This document shows positions 27,116 through 39,847 of a DNA stretch of 49,426 nt, one piece after another. Each line of letters opens with the position of its first letter. Position 1 is the stretch's first letter. The position numbers and the translations under genes are program-made. Under the pieces are notes generated by a model. That model did no database searches, was not told the origin of the DNA, and was given only the letters and a program-made list of their open reading frames with translations. This DNA is from Chiloscyllium plagiosum (lineage: Eukaryota), in contig NC_057728.1 in the NCBI RefSeq assembly GCF_004010195.1, positions 54,978,588 through 55,028,013 on the forward strand. Reading direction: 5' to 3'.

Positions 27116-27727
27116 TGTTATGGATCAGACCCCCCTCAAAATATTTTAAGAAGGTAGCCTAGACCCTAACTTTTCTTATATTAAAAGTAGATGTGAGGTG
27201 TTGTGTTTCCGATGCAATGTGACCGGTCAAACTACTCAACATTAAACAAAACAACTTCTTTTATCACTCTAGTTAAAATACAAACAAAAGAAATAGGAAT
27301 TTAGAATAACAACAATTGGAAAACTTAAACAAATAATAAATACACTACCTATTTGTAATTAAGTGCTCCAATATAGTAAAATCCCATAAACATGCCCCTT
27401 GGTAAAAAGGCAAATTCAGATACAGATTCTTACATATAGTTGTCCAATCCAGGAGGAAAATACATCAAGGTTTAGAAAGAAAAGTAGCTGGAAATTCACT
27501 GAAGCTTTCAGCTCTTTCGAGACTCCAAGTTTCTGTTGCTACTGAAAAAAAACAAAACCTAGAGAGCTGGACACCCATTCAGGCTGCTTCTATTGTTCCA
27601 ACGTTTGAAAAAAACTGAAGGCCTCACAAGGTGTTTACTTGAGTTGTCTTCAGCACCGCTGCCTTACAACCATACTTTTTTTAAAAAAAAGGACAAAATA
27701 ACTGTTTAAAGTGACAGCATCATCACA
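27116..27727. mobile_element. Solo LTR (Gypsy-like), TG...CA, 4-bp TSD GCAG
   Basis: Starts TGTTATGG, ends CATCACA; GCAG at 27112-27115 and 27728-27731; splits a LINE tail. Confidence 0.82.
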
Positions 27728-28085
27728 GCAGGAGTAAGCCACTTGGCCCTTCAAGCCTATCCACCAATCAACATGATCATGAAAAATCTCCCAGCTCAGT
27801 ATTCTGCTCCTGCTTTCTCCCCATGCTGTTTGATCCCTAACAACTGTATGTAACTGTATGTAAACATTCAATGTTTTGGCTCCAACCACTTTTTGTGGTA
27901 GAGAATTGCACAGGCTCACTACACAGTGGATGAAGAAATTGTTCCTCATCTCGGTGTGAAATGGCCTTCCCTGAGCCCTCACCCTGTTACCCTTGTTATC
28001 TGGAACATACTACATTTACGCTGTCCAGTCTGTTAGGATTTTATAGATTTCTATGAGATTCTCATTCTTCTAAACTCAAGTGAAT

Positions 28086-28365
28086 AGAATCCCTACAGTG
28101 GAGAAGTAGACCCTCTAAAGACCATCTCATCCAGACTCACCCCATCTCTGTAAATACACATTTCCCATGGCTGATCCACCTCACCTGCACATCCCTGGAC
28201 ACTATGAGCAATTTAGCATGGCCAATCCATTTAACCTGCACATCTTTGGAAGGAAACCCATGCAGAGAATGTGCAAACTCTGCACAGACAGTCACCCAAG
28301 TGTGGAATCGAATCTGTCCCTGTACTGTGAGGTAGTAATGCTAACACTGAGCCACCATATCACCA
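28086..28365 (-). mobile_element. V-SINE, degenerate
   Basis: caatttagcatggccaatcc...ctgcacatctttgg...atgtgcaaactc. Confidence 0.8.
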
Positions 28366-29220
28366 CAATCTAATCTCTCTTCATAGTCTCCTCTGAAAGA
28401 CAAAACAAGTTTTTCTATATGCTACAGCATGAAAAGTGTACAAAAGAAACTGTGGCAGAAACTTGATGTACAGCCAGAAATGTGCTCATCAAAGACATCT
28501 AACAGCCCTGCCACAAAATTTCAACTAGAATTTTCATTTTTTTTTCAAATGTAGCAACAAATCCCTGCATGTCTTAAGCAGCAGAGGGAAAGTGTTAAGA
28601 AAATAAACTGCCTACAGCTAACTGGCTGTATTATCAAGCTTACAATCAATGAAGCATGACTGAAAGCGGAGCACCTGAAAGGGATCCCAGCTATGGGCTA
28701 AGGTTTTTTTTACTGGGATTTATCTTGAGCTCTAGGTTGGCTAAGTATTCAAATCTACTAATATATTTAAAATAATCCATCTGTACTCTCCAATGTCTTA
28801 CCCTCATTGCAGCACTGTCTCTAATTTCTGTAATGGGAAATGTCTGTGTAAAACTAGTCATGTTGTAATTACATTCTTTTCCCAAGGACATTACAATACT
28901 ACCACTGTTAGGATAGTGCACTGAAGCAGGACAAGTTTAAACATCATTCCTCAAAATAAATATGTATGTAAGTATATCACAGGTACACCCATTAGGAGAG
29001 AATCTATAATTCTAAAATGGGAATCAATTATATTTGTATACCTTGGTCCAATTAACACCATAACCACAAACCGACATAATGCAAATGTCTCAGAAAAGAG
29101 ATTGTGACTCTGCTGATATTGTAGGCTTCCATTAAAGAATTCACTGGCCCATACAAACTGAAATATTAACCCATTGTAGTGTACCAAGATATAAATACAT
29201 GCGAAAAGGACAGAGCTTAC

Positions 29221-29387
29221 TCTACATTGGCCACCAGCCATTTTTCCAATTGCTTAGTAATCCGCTGTCGTTTCCATTCTGTAACATTTGCAACAAACAC
29301 ACCAACATTAAAGGAACAGGTCGTGGGATTTATCCCTAGATCTCGGACAGTTGGCTTCCGATAATCCAAATGTCCCATATACGTGGT
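29221..29387 (-). CDS. GLT8D2: GLT8D2 coding exon: TTYMGHLDYRKPTVRDLGINPTTCSFNVGVFVANVTEWKRQRITKQLEKWLVANVE
   Basis: tttcag acceptor, gtaagc donor, 167 bp. GT8 FNxGV motif. Confidence 0.96.
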
Positions 29388-29523
29388 CTGAAAAGATAAA
29401 GAGACAAAGTTATAATTGCAGTGACCAAAAGATAATGCAAACTAAAGGAAGCCATTTTGTAAATAAAGATCCACTTTCAATATTGGTTTATGCTTTATTG
29501 TTACCGACATCGGTTCAGGTCAC

Positions 29524-29636
29524 CTGCATTCCCATACTCCTGACCATCTCGTGAGTTGAGGTCAGATCACAGTCTGTTGAGAAAGCAGCAGCATGGCCAG
29601 GCTTCAGCACAGTGTTGTACAAATCCTGGATATCAC
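29524..29636 (-). CDS. GLT8D2: GLT8D2 coding exon: GDIQDLYNTVLKPGHAAAFSTDCDLTSTHEMVRSMGMQ
   Basis: ctgcag acceptor, gtgacc donor, 113 bp. Confidence 0.96.
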
Positions 29637-30404
29637 CTGCAGTGAAAACCAGTTCAAATTCAAATACCAAGGTATAGTTACAGAGAGACAGTCGGCGGTT
29701 TAGCCAAAACATATCAATTACTGTAATAACACTTATGTGGATGGTCACACGTGACTATTTTACATAGCAGAGCAGGCTTGATAAGCTGAATGGCCTACTC
29801 CTGCTCCTAAGTTCCTTTAAGAGCTGGGGAACTGGATATAGGGAGAGGCTGAATAGGCTGGGGCTATATAATCAAATACTTGAGATGTATGCAGAAACTG
29901 TGGGGCATCAAAGTGTACAAACATAGTCAGCATTTCAGAATTCATTAAACTGGAATGGAAATAACCTCGTGAAGCCACAATACAGGACTATTCACATGCA
30001 AAATAACAGAAGCAAGAAGTGATAGACACAGCTAAGTGATCCCACAAGCAATGGATCAAATCTTAGCTCTGCAATCCTGCCACATCCAGTTCATGAATGG
30101 TGGTGGATGATTAAACAACTCACTGGAGGAAGAGGCTGTGTAATGAGGTCAGGAGCTGAGTGGCCCTGGTGGAAACCAAATTGGGCTTCACTGAGCAGGT
30201 TATTGCTGAGCAGGTGCTGCTTGATAGCACTATTGATGACAACCTCCATTTTTTTTTCTTTACTTTTTCTTTTTTTTTCTACCCGGGTGGCCAGTGACAA
30301 ACACTGCCCTTCACATCAAAGGGCAGTGCTGTGTGATCAAAACAGTGAGACAACCTCCATTATGAGAACCTGGACATTACCTGATTGGCATAAATGATTA
30401 CGAG

Positions 30405-31047
30405 ACAGTGAGGTCTGCAGGTGCTGGAGATTAGAGTTGAGAGTGTGTTGCTGGAAAAGCACAGCAAGTCAGGCAGCATCCAAGGAGCAAGAGAGTCAAT
30501 GTTTCAGGCCGGAGCCCTTCATCAGGAATGAGGCTGGGAGCCTTGGGCGTGGAGAGATAATTAGGAGGGGGGGGCGAGGCTGGGGAGAAGATAGTTGAGA
30601 GTGCAATAGGTGAATGGAGGAGGGGGTAAAGGTGATAGGTCAGAGAGGAGGGTGGAGCAGATAAGTGGGAAGGAGGATTGACAGGTGGGACAGGTCATGA
30701 AGGCGGTGCTGAGCTGGAAGGTTGGAACTGGCGTAAGGTGGGGGGAGGGGAAATGAGGAAACAGGTGAAGTCCACATTGATGCCCTGGGGTTGAAGGGTC
30801 CCGAGGCAGAAGATGAGGCATTCTTCTTCCAGGCATTGGGTGGTGAGAGAGTGGCGATGGAGGAGGCCCAGGACCTGCATGTCCTCAGCAGAGTGGGAGG
30901 GGAGGTGAAATGTTCAGCCACGGGGCGGAGGAGTTGGTTGGTGCGGGTGTCCCGGAGACGTTCTCAAAAGCGCTCTGCGAGAAGGCGTCCAGTCTCCCCA
31001 ATGTAGAGGAGACTGCATCGGGAGCAACGGATACAATAAATGACATG
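30405..31047 (-). mobile_element. Penelope-like element family B, GIY-YIG and 3' end
   Basis: Translates HVIYCIRCSRCSLLYIGETGRLLAERF*; terminal segment as in 12400-12544. Confidence 0.88.
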
Positions 31048-31770
31048 TAAGGTCCTGGAGAGAGTTGCAGAACAAAGACCTTGGAGTGCAAGGTCATAGC
31101 TCTTTGAACGTAGAGTCACAGGTGGATAGGATAGAGAAGAAGACGTTTGGTATGCTTTCTTTATTGGTCAGAGTATTGAGTACAAAAGTTGGGAGGTCAT
31201 GTTACGACTGTACAGTACATTGGTTTGGCCACTTTCGAAAATTGTGTGCAATTCTGGTCTCCTGTCTATCGGAAGGAAGTTGTGAAAATTGAAAGGGTTC
31301 AGAAAACAATTCCAAGGATGTTGCCAGGGTTGGAGGATTTCAGCTACAGGGAGAGGCTGAACAGGCTGGGGCTGTTTTCCCTGGAGGGTGAGAGACTGAG
31401 GGGTGACCTTATAGAGGTTTAGTGAATCATGAGGGGCATGGATAGGATAAATAGACAAAGTCTTTTCCCAGGGTGGGGGAGTCCAGAACTAGAGGGCATA
31501 GGTTTAGGGTGAGAAAGGAAAGCAACCAAAGGGGCAACTTTTTCATGCAGAGGATGGTACGTGTATGGAATAAGCTGCCAGAGGAAGTGGTGGAGGCTGG
31601 TACAATGACAACATTTAAAAGGTATCTGGGTGGGTATATGAATAGGAAGGGTTTGGAGGGATATGGGCCGGGTGCTGGCAGGTGGGACTAGATTGGGTTG
31701 GGATATCTGGTCAGCATGGCTGAGTAGGACCGAAGGGTCTGTTTCCGTGCTGTGCATCTCTATGACTGTA
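31048..31770 (+). mobile_element. CR1 LINE, 5'-truncated
   Basis: CVQFWSP...ERVQK...RLRGDLIEV; SRTRGHRF; ctctatgact tail. Confidence 0.92.
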
Positions 31771-32228
31771 ATTGTCTCCAGGAAACGTTTTTATATGACA
31801 GAACACATCGGCATGGTATAGAATAAGCTTTCTTTTCTTCACTCTTACCTGGGATGTCACTGGAAAAATCAACATTCATTTCTTATCCCTAATTGCCCTT
31901 GAAAATTGAGGCCATTTCAGGGGGCAGTTATAAGTCCCCATTGCTGCAGATCTGGGGTAGATAAGGGTGGCAGGTTTGATTTCCTCCTCTAAAGGACATG
32001 AGTGAACCAGGTCAGTTTTTAAAAGTCATCATTTGTTCAATTGAATTTCAATTTTAGTCGACACGTAGGATTTGAACCCACGACTCCAGAGTAACCTCTC
32101 TGAACTACTAGTTGAAGGACATTATCACCACCTCGCCCACGGTCTCAGTGGATGGGTGAAGCAGGCTCAATTTTCACGTTCAAAAGACGATTGCACACAT
32201 TTTTGAAAGGAAAACAATTACAAAGTTA

Positions 32229-32549
32229 TTAGATTCCCTACAGTATGGAAACTGGCCCTTCGGCCTAACAAGTCCACATTGACCCTCCGAAGTGTAACAC
32301 ACCCAGACCCATTCCCCTGCCCTGTTTTTACCCTGACTAATGCACCTAACACTATGGGCAATTTTAGCATGGCCAATTCACCTGACCTTCACATCTTTGG
32401 ATTGTGGGAGGAAACCAGAGCACCCGGAGGAAACTGACGCAGATACGGGGAGAATGTGCAAACTCCACACAGTCGCACGAGGCTGGAATCAAACCTGGAT
32501 CCCTGGCGCTGTGAGGCAGCAGTGCTAACCACTGAGCAACCGTGCCCCC
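32229..32549 (-). mobile_element. V-SINE (HE1-like), near full length
   Basis: Head GGCACGGTTGCTCAGTGGTTAGCAC on -, plus core and tail. Confidence 0.9.
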
Positions 32550-32841
32550 ATCATTATAGGGAGAGATCAGAGAAGCCACCTATCATTTTTATCTTTCTTG
32601 AACTGAAAGTAGCTCGATTCTGCCACCTTGTTCTCTATTCTCCACCAGAGGAAACAGATTCTTTGTCTGCACCCTATCAAACCCTATAATTGTCTGAAAT
32701 GCCATTGCAATTCCATTCCCCTTTATAGCCTCGATGAGCTTCAAGCCCAAACCAAGCAGCAGGCCTCATGTTTTTAACTATTCATTTAAAGCAGAGACGG
32801 CCAACTCAATGCTCCCTTCAGGTTCTCCTTCAATGCTACTA

Positions 32842-33063
32842 CAGAAATCCCCTCATTCCCGCGGGGGATACATTCCAAGACCTAACACGGAAGGCTGAAA
32901 TCGCACATAGTAGCCAACCCATTCACTTTAATGGGAAATTTACCTTCCCGCCGTCTCCTGGTCACTGATTCTGGAAGGTTCCCTATAATACATTCGGGCC
33001 ACGGTAAAATGTGGGTAACTGAAACCGCGGAAAAAGATTCCACAGATGTAGGGGCTCGCCCTG
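32842..33063. mobile_element. pogo/Tigger-type MITE (MER44/Tigger7-like)
   Basis: TA-CAG...CTG-TA ends; ccgcgggggatacattccaagacc and gggtaactgaaaccgcggaaa resemble MER44 termini as recalled. Confidence 0.75.
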
Positions 33064-33823
33064 TATTTTTAAGTAGTGGCACTAGCTCACCTTTCCCAGT
33101 TAAGACAATGTGCTGCTCAGTAGAGGCATGGCAATGCTAGCTGAGATCCAGCCACTGACCACTCATACTGCACAATGCCTGCACAGACTGAGTACCAGGG
33201 TATCGGATTTAGCTCTGATCATGGGGAAGCAGGAGGACTGCATGCAGTGCAGATTCACCAGAATGCTACTGCCACACAAAAAAAACTTTAAAAATCAGTT
33301 GTAGCTCATCGAGGCTATAATGGGGAATGGGACTGCATTGTTTCAGACAATTATAGGGTTTGGTAAGTGCCGAGAGAGAATCTACTTCCTCTGGTGGAGA
33401 ATAAAGAGAAAGGTGGCAGAACATTAAAATTAGAACAATGGTTGACACCAGGAGAGACCTCCTCACACGGAAGGCAATAGAAAATTGGAACTCTCTCTGT
33501 CCGAAAGGTCGTTGAGCTGGGGAGAAATCAAAAATGTCAAAACTGAAATTGATAGAATTCGTTAATGAAGGGAACCAAGATTCTAGAGCCAAAGCAGGGA
33601 AATGGAGTTAGGAGACAGACCAGACATGGTCATTGAATGTTAGAACAGGTTCAAGGTTACTGAATGGTCTTATTCCTTTCCCTTTGAGTGTATAGTGATG
33701 CTCTGGTTTTCAAAGGCCAGCACACTAAAGGCACTGAATGATTCACTTCTGATGTGTGATCCCACTTTGACCCGTTACATTATAATAGAGCTGGTATGAA
33801 AATATTCACCATCCAGAAAGTAC

Positions 33824-33908
33824 CTTGTATAATAACATCATCGTCCAGGTATATCACCTTTTCATGATCACGAATAAGATATGGAATGAAGTATCGGACA
33901 AAGTTGAG
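33824..33908 (-). CDS. GLT8D2: GLT8D2 coding exon: LNFVRYFIPYLIRDHEKVIYLDDDVIIQG
   Basis: tttcag acceptor, gtactt donor, 85 bp. DxD metal-binding motif (YLDDD). Confidence 0.96.
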
Positions 33909-33979
33909 CTGAAATAGAAAGACATTCTGTCAAATGACAACACTACATGAAAGTAACTGAAAAAAGATCACCTGGAAAA

Positions 33980-35700
33980 ACATGAAGCAAGTCAGGATTA
34001 CTGTGAAACAGATCAGGAGAAGCAGGAAGCAAACTGGGATCACCGTGAACCAGATTGGGATCACAGTGACACAGATTGGGATCACCGTGAACCAGACTGG
34101 GATCACCGTGAAGCAGACTGGGATCATCGTGAACCAGATTGGGATCACCGTGAACCAGACTGGTATCACCGTGAAGCAGATTGGGATCACCGTGACACAT
34201 ATTGGGATCATCGTGAACCAGACTGGGATCACTGTGAAGCAGATTGGGATCACCGTGAACCAGAATGGGATCACCGTGACACATATTGGGATCATCGTGA
34301 ACCAGACTGGGATCACCGTGACACAGATTGGGATCATCGTGAACCAGAATGGGATCACCGTGATACATATTGGGAACATCGTGAACCAGACTGGGATCAC
34401 CGTGAACCAGACTGGGATCACCGTGAACCAGACTGGGATCACTGTGAACCAGACTGGGATCACCGTGAACCAGATTGGGATCATCGTGAACCAGACTGGG
34501 ATCACTGTGAACCAGACTGGGATCACCGTAAACCAGATTGGGATCACTGTGAAACAGATTGGGATCACCGTGAACCAGATTGGGATCACCGTGAAGCAGA
34601 TTGGGATCACCGTGAACCAGATTGGGATAACCGTGAAGCAGACTAGGACCACCGTGAACCAGACTGGGATCACCATGAAGCAGATTGGGATCACCGTGAA
34701 CCAGACTGGGATCACCGTGAACCAGACTGGGATCAATGTGACACAGATTGGGATCACCATGAAGCAGATTGGGATCACCGTGAACCAGATTGGGATCACC
34801 GTGAACCAGATTGGGATCACCGTGAACCAGACTGGGATCACCGTGAAGCAGACTGGGATCACCGTGAACCAGATTGGGATCACCGTGAACCAGACTGGGA
34901 TCACCGTGAACCAGATTCTGATCACCGTGAATCAGACTGGGATCACCGTGAACCAGACTGGGATCACCGTGAAGCAGACTGGGATCACTGTGAACCAGAC
35001 TGGGATCACCGTGAAGCAGATTGGGATCACTGTGAAGCAGATTGGGATCACCGTGAACCAGACTGGGATCACCGTGAAACAGATTGGAATCACCGTGAAC
35101 CAGCCTGGAATCACCGTGAAGCAGACTGTGATCACCGTGAAGCAGATTGGGATCATCGTGAACCAGCCTGGAATCACCGTGAAGCAGATTGGGATCACCA
35201 TGAACCAGACTGGGATCACCGTGAAGCAGATTGGGATCACTGTGAAGCAGATTGGGATCACCGTGAACCAGTCTGGGATCACCGTGAAGCAGATTGGGAT
35301 CACCATGAACCAGCCTGGAATCACCGTGAAGCAGACTGTGATCACCGTGAAGCAGACTGGGATCACCGTGAACCAGGCTGGGATCATCGTGAACCAGCCT
35401 GGAATCACCGTGAAGCAGATTGGGATCACCGTGAAGCAGACTGGGATCACCGTGAACCAGACTGGGATCACTGTGAAGCAGACTGGGATCACCGTGAAGC
35501 AGATTGGGATCATCGTGAACCAGCCTGGAATCACCGTGAAGCAGATTGGGATCACCGTGAACCAGACTGGGATCACCGTGAAGCAGACTGGGATCACCGT
35601 GAAGCAGATTGGGATCACCGTGAACCAGACTGGGATCACCGTGAAACTGATTGGGATCACCGTGAAACTGATTGGGATCACTGAGAAGCAGACTGGAATC
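33980..35700. repeat. 21-bp minisatellite (GGGATCACCGTGAACCAGACT variants), about 80 units
   Basis: Directly visible; degenerate units resume at ~36290-36380. Confidence 0.98.
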
Positions 35701-36285
35701 AAGGTTAGATCTCATGGAATACAGGGAGAACTAGCCATTTGGATACAGAACTGGCTCGAAGGTAGAATACAGAGGGTGGTGGTGGTGCTTTTCAGACTGG
35801 AGGCCTGTGACCAGTGGTGTGCCACAAGGATCAGTGCAGAGTCCACTACTTTTCATCACATAAATAATTTGGATGTGAACATAGGAGGTATGGTTAATAA
35901 GTTTGCAGAGGACTAAAATTAGGGGATTATCTGACAGTGAAGAAACTTACCTCAGAGTACATTAGGAACTCAATCAGATAGTCAGATAGTCTGGACTCCC
36001 CCATTCCAGGGCAAAGACTTTGTCTATTTATCTTTAAAGGGACCTTAGGCACAACGTTTTCATACTAAGGGTGGGGCGTGTATGGAATAAGCTGCCAGAG
36101 GAAGTGGTGGAAGCTGGTACAATTACATTTAAAAGAAATCTGGATGGGTATATGAATAGGAAGGGTTTAGAGGGATATGGGCCAAGTGCTGGCAAATGGG
36201 ACTAGATCAGGTTAGGATATCTGATGGGCATGGGCAAGTTAGACCAAAGGATCTGTTTCTGTGCTGTACGTCTCTATGATTCTGT
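35701..36285 (+). mobile_element. Internally rearranged CR1 fragment inserted in the minisatellite
   Basis: KVRSHGIQGELAIWIQNWL RT segment followed by the CR1 3' tail. Confidence 0.88.
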
Positions 36286-37382
36286 CACTATGACACTGTG
36301 AACTAGACTGGGATCACTCAGGTAGATTGGAATCACTGTGAAATAGATTGGGATCAGTGTGAAGCAGATCTAAAACACTGTTCATGTGCTGTATATTGTA
36401 TTGAATTGTATAATGTATTTCAATCAACCTTCCTGTATCTAAGTTAATGACAGAAGATGAGAATGGAATGCTTGTTAAGAACACTGGAAAGATGGAGGCT
36501 GGGCAGTGACCTTATAGAGATCTACAAAATTATGTGAGACATAGATATGGTGGATAGTCAGAGGCTTTTACCCAGGATGGAAAGGTCAACTACAAGAGGG
36601 CACAAGTTAAGGGTGAGAGGAGGAAAGTTTAGGGGAGGTGTGTGGGGAAATGTTTTCATACAGAAGCTGTGGGTGCCTGGGTTGCACTGCCAGTGGAGGT
36701 AGTGGAAGCAGGCATGTTAGCAACATTGAAGGCATATTTTGATATATACATAAATGGGAGGTGAACAGAGGGACAGAAGCTGTTCATGGACAATAAGTAG
36801 CAAGTCTAAATAAGGATTAGGAATCATTGCAGGCTTGGTTCCTGTGCTGTATTGTATTGTATTGTATCTTATATTGTACTGTATAATGCATTTCAATCAA
36901 CCTTCCTGTGTCCAAGTGATAACAGAAGATGAGAACTGAATGCTTGTTAATTCTGTATTCTTTGCAAGTAATAGGTTTTATTATCTAAGACATAGAGGAA
37001 TGGTGGGGCAGCTTCAAGTCTCAGGGTGTTTAAGACAAACTTTCTCTCTTTGATGGTTGTGTACATTTGAATCTCTCTATCTCAGAGGACAGTAGAGGTG
37101 CAATCATTACATTGTTTTAAGCCAGAGGTAGACAAATTCTTCCTAACCAATGGAATCATGGGTTATTGTGGGTCAATGGGAATGTGGAACTCAAACAACA
37201 AACAGATCAGCCATTATCTTATTGAATAGCAGGAGAGGCTTGATGGACTGAATGGCCTATTCTTAATTTGTGTCTTTTGAGGAACATGTTAAATAAATCT
37301 GTAACAACGCTGTAGGCACTGCAGGGTGTCCCAGGGATTCATCCCCATCCTGTTAATCTGAGTTCGAATCATGCATACTTAC

Positions 37383-37500
37383 AGGTTGTAGTAACTCGGG
37401 TCTTGCTGAGTCTGGTCTTACTTTCCCCTGCAGCACAGCAGCATTGAATTCCATCACTCTGTAGTGGATGCCTTTCAGCTTTGTGTTTTCAATCCACTTG
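37383..37500 (-). CDS. GLT8D2: GLT8D2 coding exon: KWIENTKLKGIHYRVMEFNAAVLQGKVRPDSARPELLQP
   Basis: cattag acceptor, gtaagt donor, 118 bp. RPDSxRPELLQP is typical of GLT8D2. Confidence 0.96.
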
Positions 37501-39039
37501 CTAATGCAAAGTAGGGGGATAGTGGAGAAAACATAATTAACCTGTTTATCTATCTAAAGAAATGATGATGAGTGGAGGGGAGCACACAAAAGTCAAAGCC
37601 ATAAGAAGGTGGGGAATTCTTGTTCCTTCATATCATGGTATCAAGTTTCTTCACATCAGCTCTTCATTAGAACGTATCTCCATTCATCCCACTAAATTTA
37701 AACAGCAGGCTCACATTTTGTGTTACATTCAGAATCATATTGAAAGTCTATGTATTATTATAATGTTTTTGGAGCAGCAGAGTGAAATGTTTCCTCAAAT
37801 TTATCAGGATTCCAACTTGTCAAGGCCATTTGACTCAGTCATTTGATTTCCATCTCATTTCAACCTACCACAGAATCCATTTCTTGCTTAGTGTGGTCTG
37901 ACCATCGGGATTTAAGGGGCTGTAACTGGGTGCATGATGTGACAGGATGGGGGGGGTCATTCCTAGGTGGCATTGTGGCAGAGTGGACTGCCCACCTAGT
38001 ATAAAACCTGTCTGATTTTCAGAGATCAAAATAAGATTACATCAAATTCACTGGGCAGAAACAGGCCATTCAGCCCATCAATCCATGCACACACTTTTCT
38101 TTACTCTTTCGTGAGATATGGGCATCATTGGCAAGGCCAGGATTTATTTACCATCTTTAATTGCCCTTTGAACAAAGTGCATAGTTAAAAGTCAACTGCA
38201 GAGCTTGAGTCAGGAGTTACATGTAGGCCAGACCACAAAAGGATGGCTGGTTTCCTTCCCTAAAAGCCTTAATGAATCAGATATGTTTCCTTTTTGGCAA
38301 TTGGCAGTGGCTACATGGTAGACATTAAACTAACTTTTAATTCCAGATTTTTATTGATTTCGAATTTCACCATCTGCCATGGTGTGGTTAGAACTAACCT
38401 CCCCACAGCACGAGCTCAGGGTTCGGGATTACCGCTGCAGTGCCATTTCCACAATGCCACTGTCTCCGCGTGTCTCTGAATCCACTCTGTCTTCATCCCT
38501 TGGGGTTTGAATACTTCTATCAAGTCTGCTCGCAACTGTCTATGCTGTAAGGAGAACAATCCCATCTTCTCCAATCTCTCTATGTCACTGACATCGTAAT
38601 TCTTGGACCAATCAATCTGTCTTCTCTAAAACTTTCAGAGCCTCCCTGAAATGTTGTGTTCAGTTCTGGGCACCATACTCCAGGTGAGACTGAACAGGTT
38701 TAGCTTAGCTTCCTTGCTTTTGCTTTATCTAGGGCTGTAAATGGAGAAGTCCAGGATCCCAAATGCCTCCTACATTTTGACGATTTGAGAATCTAAACCC
38801 CAAAGCCTCTGCTCTTGTTTGCCTTTTGCAATTGCATCCTTAACTTACATCATTTTTCTTTGCTCTGCCTAGCAAAATGTAAGGTGGCTATGGGTTTTAA
38901 TTTAACAAGAACGTCCAACAAATAATTGTGCCTTCTTGCCACTATCTAAAGGCTTTACAGGTTGTTCCCCTATAAAACACTTTTCCTCAATTGGCTGTAA
39001 CACGATTGATGAATTGGGGAATTTTTTTTAAAACTCCCG

Positions 39040-39701
39040 TTGGCTATTATGCGATTCTGTGAGATCACGAACAAAGGAACCTGAGAAGATGGAATGGCTT
39101 CTATGTGAGTGGATACAAGATCAATCGAAAAAGGCATCTGGGACCACAATTCTCCCCATGAAACAGAAAGCCTTATCTATTTATGAGGACCTCAGGAAAA
39201 TAAGCTGAAAATCCTGCAATGTGCCTTCCTTCAGTGCCAGTGGTGGCTGGTTTGCTGGATTTAAGAAATGCTAGCTTTTCTTAACATGAAGTTATGTGGC
39301 AAAGCTGCCAATGCAGACAAGGAATGTGCATCAACATTTCCTCCCGTGGTGAAAATAACTGATTGAGGAAGAATCAAATCTGCACCCAGAACTGCGCTTG
39401 AAAGTAATGATGCTGCTGATAATGACCCTCAGCCCCTATCTCACTACAGTTCTGTACTATAACTCAGAAACCCCTTGATGTGTTAAATTTACTGTATTAT
39501 TATATGGTTTTAAAAATTACTGAGACTGTGTTATCATTTGTGTTGAACTAACTACCATTTTTGTTTCAATTTTTGCTGACATATTTGGCGGTCTGCCCCC
39601 AACCCTGTTTTTCACATAGCCCCTGTTATTTCTGTTCCACAATTTTCTATAACACAAGGTCGTACATGAATGCAATTATCACGTTATAGCAGAACAGACT
39701 G
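39040..39701 (+). mobile_element. Tigger/pogo transposon fossil
   Basis: EKMEWLLCEWIQDQ...KQKALSIYEDL, FSASGGWFAGFKK, NMKLCGKAANAD (CENP-B/Tc5 HTH); ends CTG-TA. Left boundary uncertain. Confidence 0.8.
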
Positions 39702-39847
39702 TATTTTCCTTATAACCTCTGTAAAGGATTTATGGTTATCTTAAATTTGTTCTCTCCCACACAGCAGTCTCATCACCAATAGGCAAAACCATCAATCCTT
39801 CAATTTTAAAACAAGACTGAATTAATATGTCTTAACAACTATCTTAC

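Noticed and set aside
33980..35700. CRISPR-like array
   Set aside because: Contiguous tandem units without unique spacers, no cas genes, eukaryotic context.
33930..35916. Long ORFs of 644, 590, 331 and 256 aa with heptad repeats (GITVNQT, HGDPSLV, FTVIPVW)
   Set aside because: They arise from a 21-bp unit that lacks stops in several frames on both strands. They are intronic, and the longest simply runs into a CR1 fragment. No evidence of a protein.
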